From NCBI GenBank assembly GCA_025451845.1, contig JANWJS010000028.1:28189-92188 (forward strand): a stretch of DNA of 64,000 bases, given 5' to 3'. How positions within the stretch are numbered: the first letter of the stretch is position 1; each line of letters starts with the position of its first letter. Below are positions 57,066 to 64,000 of this stretch, piece after piece. The notes beneath the pieces were generated by a model. It was given only the letters and a program-made list of their open reading frames with translations, searched no databases and had not been told where the DNA came from. A program made the translations under genes and the position numbers. This DNA is from Steroidobacteraceae bacterium (GTDB lineage Bacteria > Pseudomonadota > Gammaproteobacteria > Steroidobacterales > Steroidobacteraceae).

Positions 57066-59105
57066 CTAACTGCCGCTGTCGCCCGCTCGCGACAGCTCGA
57101 GCAGCTCGCTGCCCTCCGGTACCCGGTCGCCGCGAGCGAAGTGAATAGTCTGCACAACGCCGTCGTAGGGAGCTGTGATGCTGTGCTCCATCTTCATCGC
57201 TTCGATCACCATCAGCACTTCGCCGGCTGTGACGGCCTGACCCTGCTGCACCGTCACCGCCGATACGACGCCCGGGAGCGGTGTCGTGAGTCCGCCGCTC
57301 GCGGCACTCGCGGTGAATTCCTGGGTGCGCGGATCATCGATGAGCAATTCCTGATGGGTATTGCCGCTCCAGAGATGGAGTTGCGCGCCGCACAGGAACC
57401 AGCGGGCGTTGTGCCGCTCATCGTTTAGCACCGCTGTGACCGCGCTCTCCGTGACCGTCACGCCGGCGAGTCGCAGGCGCGTGCCGACATCCTGCCGCGC
57501 GGACTTCTCGGCGGGTGCGGGAAGGAACGCCTCGCAGGGCTGCCCGTCCTCCAGTGTCAATTGCACCCGATGCGGGCGTCCGCCGGTGGACAGTGTCAGC
57601 TCGATGCGTGCCGGCAGGTTCGGCTGGAAGCCGTCGCTCACTTCCCAGGGGCTGGGTGCCGCACGCCGTGCGCTCGCGCCGCGCGCATTGGGGGCCTGGC
57701 GAGCAGCGAGAGCGGCCAACACGAGTGCGGCAGGCGTCACTTCGTGAGGCTGCGAGAATTCCGCCGCACCCCGGTCGAGCAATGCCACGCTGTGTCGCAC
57801 CTCGAGGAAGACCCGGGAGCGCAGGACCCGAGCGAGCCAACGCTCGTTGGTGTGGATGCCGGCGAGGTACGTGTGGTCCAGCGCATCGGCCAACCGCGCG
57901 GCCGCCTGCTCGCGCGTGGGCGCCCAGGCGATGATCTTGGCGATGAGGGAATCGTACACGGGCGGCACGGCATCCTCGCTCTCGAAGCCGGCATCGACTC
58001 GCAGCGACTCGCCGCGCGGCCACTCCGCCAGATGCAGCGTGCCGGCGCTCGGTAAAAAGTCGCGCTCCGGATCCTCGGCGCAGACCCGTGCCTCGATGGC
58101 ATGACCGTCGAGACGGATTTGTGCTTGAGCGAGCGGCAACGGCTCGCCCGCGGCGACCCGCAACTGCCACTCGATGAGGTCCAGCCCGGTGACCGCTTCC
58201 GTGACGGTGTGCTCCACCTGCAGCCGCGTGTTCATCTCCAGGAAGAAGAAGTCTCGCCCGTCGAAGAGAAACTCGACCGTGCCGGCGCTGCGGTAGCCGA
58301 TATTGCGCGCCACCAGCACCGCGGCGGCGCGCAGCGCCTCGCGCACCGGCTGCGGCATGGCCGGGGCAGGCGCCTCCTCGAGCAATTTCTGGTGCCGGCG
58401 CTGCACCGAGCAGTCGCGGTCGCCGAGATGCACACAGTTGCCCTGGGCATCGGCGAACACCTGCACCTCGATGTGCCGCGGCTCGGGCAGATACCGCTCG
58501 ATGAGAAGCGTGCCGTCGCCGAAGGCGCTCTCCGCCACCCGGCGCGCGGCCGTCAGGGCTTCGTGCAACTCTTTCGTGGCATGCACCACGCGCATGCCCT
58601 TGCCGCCGCCGCCGGCGGCGGGCTTGACGATGAGCGGCAGGCCCGCCTCGAGCGCGCGCGCCTCGAGATGCTCGATGTCCTGGCGCTCGCCGTCGTAGCC
58701 GGGCAGCACGGGTACCCCCGCCGCCCGCACGCTCGCCTTCGCCACGCTCTTCGAGCCCATGGCGGCGATCGCAGCGGGAGAAGGACCCACGAACACGAGC
58801 CCTGCTTCGAGGCAGGCCTGGGCGAACTGTGCGTTCTCCGACAGAAACCCATAGCCCGGGTGGACCGCCTCGGCACCGGCCTTGCGCGCGGCGCGGATGA
58901 TCGCCTCAATGCTGAGATAACTCTCTGCCGCCGGCGGCGGACCGATGCAGACGGCCTCGTCGGCCTCGCGCACGTGCCGCGCAGAGGCATCCGCGTCGGA
59001 ATAAACAGCGATCGTGCGGATGCCCATCCTGCGGGCCGTGCGAAAGATGCGGCAGGCGATCTCGCCGCGGTTGGCCACGAGGAGACTTCGGATCAGGTTT
59101 GCCAT
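57066..59105 (-). CDS. mccA: 3-methylcrotonyl-CoA carboxylase alpha subunit (biotin carboxylase + BCCP)
   Basis: ATG 59105 gives MANLIRSLLVANRGEIACRIFRTARRMGI. ATP-grasp biotin carboxylase core and C-terminal biotinylation motif VIEAMKMEH. Adjacent to mccB and ivd. Confidence 0.85.
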   Translation of the reverse strand: MANLIRSLLVANRGEIACRIFRTARRMGIRTIAVYSDADASARHVREADEAVCIGPPPAAESYLSIEAIIRAARKAGAEAVHPGYGFLSENAQFAQACLEAGLVFVGPSPAAIAAMGSKSVAKASVRAAGVPVLPGYDGERQDIEHLEARALEAGLPLIVKPAAGGGGKGMRVVHATKELHEALTAARRVAESAFGDGTLLIERYLPEPRHIEVQVFADAQGNCVHLGDRDCSVQRRHQKLLEEAPAPAMPQPVREALRAAAVLVARNIGYRSAGTVEFLFDGRDFFFLEMNTRLQVEHTVTEAVTGLDLIEWQLRVAAGEPLPLAQAQIRLDGHAIEARVCAEDPERDFLPSAGTLHLAEWPRGESLRVDAGFESEDAVPPVYDSLIAKIIAWAPTREQAAARLADALDHTYLAGIHTNERWLARVLRSRVFLEVRHSVALLDRGAAEFSQPHEVTPAALVLAALAARQAPNARGASARRAAPSPWEVSDGFQPNLPARIELTLSTGGRPHRVQLTLEDGQPCEAFLPAPAEKSARQDVGTRLRLAGVTVTESAVTAVLNDERHNARWFLCGAQLHLWSGNTHQELLIDDPRTQEFTASAASGGLTTPLPGVVSAVTVQQGQAVTAGEVLMVIEAMKMEHSITAPYDGVVQTIHFARGDRVPEGSELLELSRAGDSGS

Positions 59106-59127
59106 GCGGGTCGCTCGAAAGTGGCCG

Positions 59128-60732
59128 TTACATGCGGAAGAGCCCGAAGCGCGTGTCCGCGGCGGGCGCATTGCGCACCGTAGCGAGAGAGAGACCCAGG
59201 ATCCGGCGCGTCTCGAGCGGGTCGATCACGCCGTCGTCCCAGAGCCGCGCGGAGGCGTAGTAGGGATGGCCCTGGCGCTCGTACTGCTCGCGGATCGGCT
59301 GTTTGAAAGCCTCCTGCTCCTCTGCCGTCCAGCTGCCGCCCGAACTCTCGAGCTGCCCGCGCTTCACGGTCGCGAGGACACTCGCCGCCTGCTCCCCACC
59401 CATGACGGAGATGCGTGAATTGGGCCACTGAAAGAGGAGTCGCGGTGAGTACGCGCGTCCGCACATCGCGTAGTTGCCGGCGCCGTAACTGCCCCCGACG
59501 ATGACGGTGAGCTTCGGAACCTGCGCGCAGGCCACCGCGGTGACGAGCTTGGCGCCGTCCTTGGCGATGCCGCCCGCCTCGGCCCGGCGGCCGACCATGA
59601 AGCCGGTGATGTTCTGCAGGAAAAGGAGCGGAATGCGCTCGCGGGCACAAAGCTCGATGAAATGCGCCCCCTTGAGGGCGCTCTCGGAGAACAGAATGCC
59701 GTTGTTGGCCAGGATGCCGATGGGGAAACCTGCGAGGTGCGCAAAGCCGCACACCAGCGTCGTGGCGTAGAGCTGCTTGAATTCGTCGAGCTCCGAGCCA
59801 TCCACCAGTCGGGCGATCACCTCGCGCACATCGTACGGCCGGCGCAGGCTCGCAGGCACCGCCCCATAGAGCTCGCGCGGATCGTAATGAGGATCGCGGG
59901 CCGCCTGCGGGGGCGACGTATCCGCTGGCGGCCGCAGCCGGCCCACGATGCGGCGCGCAATGGACAGCGCATGCGTGTCATTCTCGGCGTAGTGATCGCA
60001 CACACCTGACTCGCGGCAATGCACTTCGGCGCCGCCCAGCGACTCCGCATCGATGTCCTCGCCCGTCGCGGCCTTCACGAGCGGCGGTCCGCCAAGGAAC
60101 ACCCTGCCCTGTCCGCGCACGATGACGTTCTCATCCGACATGGCGGGCACGTAGGCGCCGCCAGCAGTGCACGAGCCGTGCACGACTGCGATCTGCGCGA
60201 CACCAGCGGCCGAGAGCGTCGCCTGGTTGTAGAAGATCCGCCCAAAGTGCTCCCGGTCCGGAAACACCTCGTCCTGCGCCGGTAGGAACGCGCCGCCGCT
60301 TTCCACCAGATAGACGCAGGGAAGGTGGTTCTCGCGCGCGATCTCCTGCGCCCGCAGGTGCTTCTTCACCGTGATCGGGTAGTAGGTGCCGCCCTTGACG
60401 GTCGGGTCGTTGGCGACGATGACGCACTCCCGGCCGCTCACCCGCCCGATGCCGGTGATGAGGCCCCCGCAGGCGATACCCCCCCCGTACATGCCGTGCG
60501 CGGCGAGCTGCGAGAGCTCGAGGAACGGGCTGCCGGTGTCGAGAAGTATCTGGATGCGCTCGCGGGCCGTGAGCTTGCCGGCCGCGCGGTGCCGGCTCAC
60601 CGCCTGGGATGATCCGCCCGCGGCCGCGCGAGTCACTTCGGCCTTGAGCTCGGCGGCGAGCTCGCGCATCGCCTTGTCATTGTCGCGGAACTCCTGCGAG
60701 CGGGTATCGAGGCGAGAGGCGATACGGGGCAT
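59128..60732 (-). CDS. mccB: 3-methylcrotonyl-CoA carboxylase beta subunit (carboxyltransferase)
   Basis: ATG 60732 gives [22 protein letters not shown].... Two carboxyltransferase halves (...[14 protein letters not shown]..., ...ITGFMVG...). Confidence 0.85.
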   Translation of the reverse strand: MPRIASRLDTRSQEFRDNDKAMRELAAELKAEVTRAAAGGSSQAVSRHRAAGKLTARERIQILLDTGSPFLELSQLAAHGMYGGGIACGGLITGIGRVSGRECVIVANDPTVKGGTYYPITVKKHLRAQEIARENHLPCVYLVESGGAFLPAQDEVFPDREHFGRIFYNQATLSAAGVAQIAVVHGSCTAGGAYVPAMSDENVIVRGQGRVFLGGPPLVKAATGEDIDAESLGGAEVHCRESGVCDHYAENDTHALSIARRIVGRLRPPADTSPPQAARDPHYDPRELYGAVPASLRRPYDVREVIARLVDGSELDEFKQLYATTLVCGFAHLAGFPIGILANNGILFSESALKGAHFIELCARERIPLLFLQNITGFMVGRRAEAGGIAKDGAKLVTAVACAQVPKLTVIVGGSYGAGNYAMCGRAYSPRLLFQWPNSRISVMGGEQAASVLATVKRGQLESSGGSWTAEEQEAFKQPIREQYERQGHPYYASARLWDDGVIDPLETRRILGLSLATVRNAPAADTRFGLFRM

Positions 60733-60797
60733 GGGCTTGTCACGATGGCCTAATTGTCGGACAATCATACGATTCCACCCCGACGGATGACAAGCTC

Positions 60798-61970
60798 ATG
60801 TCCGCGAACTCACCCGTAGACACCGATTTTGGCCTCGGCGAGGGCATCGACGAGATCCGCCAGCAGGTGCGCCGCTTCGCGTCCGAGAAGATCGCCCCGC
60901 GTGCCGCCCACATCGATCAGAGCAATGAGTTTCCGCGCGATCTCTGGCCGGCACTCGGGGTTCTCGGCCTCCTCGGTATCACGGTGCCGGACCGCTGGGG
61001 CGGCGCGGGCCTCGGCTACCTCGCCCATACCGTCGCCATGGAGGAGATCTCGCGCGCCTCGGGCGCCGTGGGACTTTCGTACGGCGCGCACTCCAACCTC
61101 TGCGTCAATCAGCTGCGCCTGAACGGCACCGATGCGCAGCGCGACCGCTATCTCCCAAAGCTCGTCAGCGGGGAGCACGTCGGCGCACTCGCCATGTCGG
61201 AGCCGCAGGCCGGCTCCGACGTCGTCTCGATGCAGCTGCGCGCGGAGCGGCGTGGCGACAGCTACGTGCTCAACGGCCGCAAGATGTGGATCACGAACGG
61301 ACCGGACGCTGACGTTTTCGTCGTCTACGCGAAAACCGATCCAGCCGCGGGCGCTCGCGGCATCACTGCATTCATCGTGGAGCGTGGCTGGCGCGGCTTC
61401 ACGACTGCGCAAAAGCTCGACAAGCTCGGCATGCGCGGCTCCAGCACTTGCGAGCTCGTGTTCGACGATTGTGCGGTGCCGGCGGCCAACCTACTCGGGC
61501 AGGAGAACGGCGGTGCGCGCGTGTTGATGAGCGGACTCGACTACGAGCGGGTAGTGCTCGCCGGCGGCCCGCTCGGCCTCATGGCGGCGGCGCTCGATCT
61601 AGTCCTGCCCTACGTGCACGAGCGCAAGCAGTTCGGCCAGCCGATCGGTACGTTCGAGCTGATGCAGGCGAAGGTTGCTGACATGTATACGGCACTCAGC
61701 GCCTCCCGGGCCTACGTCTACGCGGTGGCAAACGCTTGCGATGCAGGAAGAGTCAAGCGGCAGGATGCGGCGGCTTGCATCCTCTTCGCTGCGGAGAATG
61801 CCACGCGGGTCGCGCTCGAGGCGATCCAGGCGCTGGGCGGCAACGGTTACATCAACGAGTTTCCGGCCGGGCGGCTCCTGCGCGATGCGAAACTCTATGA
61901 GATCGGCGCCGGCACGCAGGAGATCCGCCGCATGCTCATCGGCCGTGAGCTCTACGAAAGCGCGGCATGA
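60798..61970 (+). CDS. ivd: Isovaleryl-CoA dehydrogenase
   Basis: Acyl-CoA dehydrogenase blocks (...[14 protein letters not shown]..., ...KMWITNG..., ...[35 protein letters not shown]...). Context with mccAB supports the ivd assignment. Confidence 0.85.
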   Translation: MSANSPVDTDFGLGEGIDEIRQQVRRFASEKIAPRAAHIDQSNEFPRDLWPALGVLGLLGITVPDRWGGAGLGYLAHTVAMEEISRASGAVGLSYGAHSNLCVNQLRLNGTDAQRDRYLPKLVSGEHVGALAMSEPQAGSDVVSMQLRAERRGDSYVLNGRKMWITNGPDADVFVVYAKTDPAAGARGITAFIVERGWRGFTTAQKLDKLGMRGSSTCELVFDDCAVPAANLLGQENGGARVLMSGLDYERVVLAGGPLGLMAAALDLVLPYVHERKQFGQPIGTFELMQAKVADMYTALSASRAYVYAVANACDAGRVKRQDAAACILFAAENATRVALEAIQALGGNGYINEFPAGRLLRDAKLYEIGAGTQEIRRMLIGRELYESAA

Positions 61971-62731
61971 GCGTCCCATTCGCTCAGATCCTGCGGGTAC
62001 CGGGTTACCGCAAGGTGGCCGCCGCGATCGCCGAGCGCATTCTGAGCCGCGAGCTGCGCGAAGGTGAGCGGCTGCCTTCCGAAACGGAGCTCGCCCGCCA
62101 GTTCGGCGTCAACCGCTCCACCGTGCGCGAGGCGCTGCGGGAACTCGAGAGCGGTGGGTTGCTGGAGCGGCGCCCAGGCTCCAAGCTCATGACCGTCAGC
62201 CGGCCGCAGCACCGCGCCGTCGCCAAGGATGTCAGCCGGGCCCTCGCGCTGCATGACGTCACCTTCTTCGAAGTTTGGGAGGCGCTGACACAATTGGAGC
62301 CGCCCATCGCCGAGATCGCCGCGCGGAACCGCACGGCGGCGGACCTCGACAGCATTACCGCGGCCCGCCAGCAATTCGCCGCTGGCAATACGGAGACCGG
62401 GAAGGCCGTGCATCAGGCCGCGGAATTCTTCCGCTGCGTCGGACGTGCCACCCACAATCAGGTGCTCGCCCTGGCGCAGGAGCCGCTCCTCGACCTTCTC
62501 GAGCCTTCGCTGCGTGTCATGATCGACAAGGTTCCGCAGGCGCGCTCGCGCATCGCGGCCGCGCAGCAGCGCATCCTCGAGGCCATCACCCGACGCGACG
62601 TCGAGGCAGCGCGAGGCTGGATGGCCAAGCACATCCGTGACTTCAGAAAGGGCTACGAGCTCGCTGACATCGCGCTGGATTGTCGTGTTCACGTGTCTCC
62701 CCACCGCTTGCCCGTCACCGGATGCGGATAG
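61967..62731 (+). CDS. GntR-family transcriptional regulator (FadR/FCD subfamily)
   Basis: Winged-HTH ...[34 protein letters not shown]... plus a helical FCD-like C-terminal domain. 4-nt overlap with ivd. Confidence 0.8.
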   Translation: MSVPFAQILRVPGYRKVAAAIAERILSRELREGERLPSETELARQFGVNRSTVREALRELESGGLLERRPGSKLMTVSRPQHRAVAKDVSRALALHDVTFFEVWEALTQLEPPIAEIAARNRTAADLDSITAARQQFAAGNTETGKAVHQAAEFFRCVGRATHNQVLALAQEPLLDLLEPSLRVMIDKVPQARSRIAAAQQRILEAITRRDVEAARGWMAKHIRDFRKGYELADIALDCRVHVSPHRLPVTGCG

Positions 62732-63387
62732 TGGAACGGCACTACCCGCGTCTCCGGCCAGCTCTTGGGAGTTTCCGGCAGAAGCTCATCGGGGCCGTTG
62801 GGGTCATCAGGATAGGCGCGCGTGATGGGCGGCAGGTGAATGACGCTGTTGGCCCAGCCCTGGTGGTAGTCGGCCCGCCAGAGCATGTTGTAGTGGAGGC
62901 ATTTGATTTTCCAGGTGCCGTCCTCCTTGACATACGTGTTCTCGTAGATGCCGGCCTCCCAGAACTGCCGGGGAAAGTTCGGGATGGGATCGGGCATGCT
63001 CTCGTGGCAGCCGCCCTGCAGCACGCAGCGGAATCGGCCCTTGGCGGTGAGGCCGTCAGCGGCGACATCGACGACGTCCTGCAGCATCAGGTGATCCAGC
63101 AGGAGCCCGCGCAGAGGGCCATTCACACCGCCGGTGAAGTACTTGCGGAACCAGTTGCAGTAGAGGCGCCGGATCCCGGCCTTGCCGCGGTAGACGCCGT
63201 TGAGGAAGCGGACTTCGCCGGTGTCGGCGAAGAGCGTCACGGCTTCGTCGTAGAGGCACTTGTCGATGTAATAACCGTACTTGTACTGCAGGTACGTGAC
63301 TGCGTGGGTGTCTTCGAGGCGTGCGATGTGGCGCGCAAGCTCCGTGACGCGGTTCTCCAGCGCGGCAAGCGCATTTGGATCGGTCAT
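62689..63387 (-). CDS. SnoaL-like / NTF2-family protein
   Basis: 232-aa ORF with coding-like composition. The N-terminal coiled segment followed by ...YLQYKYGYYIDKCLYDEAVTLFADTGEVRF... resembles SnoaL_4/NTF2-like proteins. Weak assignment. Confidence 0.5.
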   Translation of the reverse strand: MTDPNALAALENRVTELARHIARLEDTHAVTYLQYKYGYYIDKCLYDEAVTLFADTGEVRFLNGVYRGKAGIRRLYCNWFRKYFTGGVNGPLRGLLLDHLMLQDVVDVAADGLTAKGRFRCVLQGGCHESMPDPIPNFPRQFWEAGIYENTYVKEDGTWKIKCLHYNMLWRADYHQGWANSVIHLPPITRAYPDDPNGPDELLPETPKSWPETRVVPFHYPHPVTGKRWGDT

Positions 63388-63529
63388 GCCATCCCCCTGG
63401 GCCTGAAGGCTCTCTGATAACGCGCGATTATGATGGCATAGCCCATTGGCGCCACGCCGGCCAATGACCCCGGTAAGATGGCGCTACCGGAATATCCGGC
63501 CGGAACAGCCCAAAAGGCAGGTGACCCTC

Positions 63530-64000
63530 TTGGCGGCGATAGGCAGCGAGCGTGTTCTCTCCGTCCAGCACTGGACGGATACGCAATTCACGTTCACCAC
63601 GACGCGGGACTCGGGGCTGCGCTTCGAGAACGGCCAGTTCGTCATGGTGGGGCTGCATGTGGACAGCCGCCCGCTGCTGCGCGCCTATAGCATCGCGAGC
63701 GCCAATCACGAGGAGCACCTCGAGTTTCTGAGCATCAAGGTCCCTGACGGTCCCCTCACCTCACGCCTGCAGCACATTCGCCAGGGTGACGAGGTCCTGG
63801 TCAGCCGCAAGCCCACGGGCACGCTGGTGCTGCACGATCTCAAGCCTGGCAAGCGGCTCTACATGCTCTCCACCGGCACCGGGGCGGCGCCCTTCATGGC
63901 GCTCATCAAGGACCCGGAGATTTACGAGCGCTTCGAGCAAATCGTGTTCGTGCATGGCGTGCGCTGGGCGCGGGAAACGGCCGTAGTCGAGGACCGCATC
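63530..64000 (+). CDS. fpr: Ferredoxin-NADP+ reductase (Fpr), 5' part (3' end lies outside the window)
   Basis: Hand-translated frame: (M)AAIGSERVLSVQHWTDTQFTFTTTRDSGLRFENGQFVMVGLHVDSRPLLRAYSIASANHEEHLEFLSIKVPDGPLTSRLQHI...LYMLSTGTGAAPF... It is colinear with proteobacterial Fpr. Not in the track because it has no stop in the window. Start candidates are TTG 63530, GTG 63521 and ATG 63464. Confidence 0.8.
   Translation, partial: MAAIGSERVLSVQHWTDTQFTFTTTRDSGLRFENGQFVMVGLHVDSRPLLRAYSIASANHEEHLEFLSIKVPDGPLTSRLQHIRQGDEVLVSRKPTGTLVLHDLKPGKRLYMLSTGTGAAPFMALIKDPEIYERFEQIVFVHGVRWARETAVVEDRI

Noticed and set aside
1-64000. Scan for CRISPR arrays, tRNA or rRNA genes, large repeats and low-GC islands.
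   Set aside because: No regularly spaced repeats, no tRNA-like T-arm or acceptor patterns in the intergenic gaps, and no extended low-GC island. The only locally AT-richer stretches are short intergenic or IS-remnant segments.

Overview
High-GC proteobacterial chromosome segment, almost entirely core and housekeeping genes, densely packed with many overlapping start/stop junctions. No rRNA, tRNA or CRISPR array was seen.

Gene order, left to right:
- Tail of a type II secretion cluster (gspJ'-K-L-M-N).
- An 11-kb minus-strand block: peptide-type ABC importer (two permeases plus a fused double ATPase), alaA, then an AddB/AddA-type helicase-nuclease.
- etfBA, a Rieske oxygenase and a Prx5-type peroxiredoxin.
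- tonB-exbB-exbD-exbD plus a secreted TPR protein.
- M17 peptidase and ilvD, divergent from ilvC-leuA-leuC-leuD-leuB.
- metX plus a trans-sulfuration enzyme gene.
- A complete his operon led by a TrpR-like yerC/yecD gene.
- A PLD-type cardiolipin synthase.
- A lysC::lysA fusion, mrcB (PBP1B) and a TPR lipoprotein.
- A small stress and miscellaneous block: dksA-like gene, DUF62 SAM hydrolase, ackA, yqjD-E-K, L,D-transpeptidase, mpg.
- Leucine catabolism genes (mccB-mccA divergent from ivd-gntR), and the start of fpr.

The gene-order signatures suggest a Xanthomonadales-like gammaproteobacterium. These are the K-L-M-N T2SS order, tonB-exbB-exbD-exbD, the lysC::lysA fusion and yerC-hisG. This is inference only.

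I do not see a clear large novel multi-gene system. The most interesting signals are small:
1. An internally deleted, probably nuclease-dead TnpB-family gene inserted antisense between hisF and hisIE, flanked by similar hairpins.
2. A Leu-rich mini-ORF with mutually exclusive antiterminator and terminator helices upstream of ilvC-leuABCD.
3. A SAM-I riboswitch with an SD-sequestering helix upstream of metX.
4. Two essential genes (hisF, mrcB) whose conserved N-termini have no canonical start codon. The candidates are ATT and CTG, each coupled to the upstream ORF.
5. An LpoP-like lipoprotein downstream of mrcB.

Many long ORFs in the supplied track are antisense artefacts of the high GC content and were rejected.
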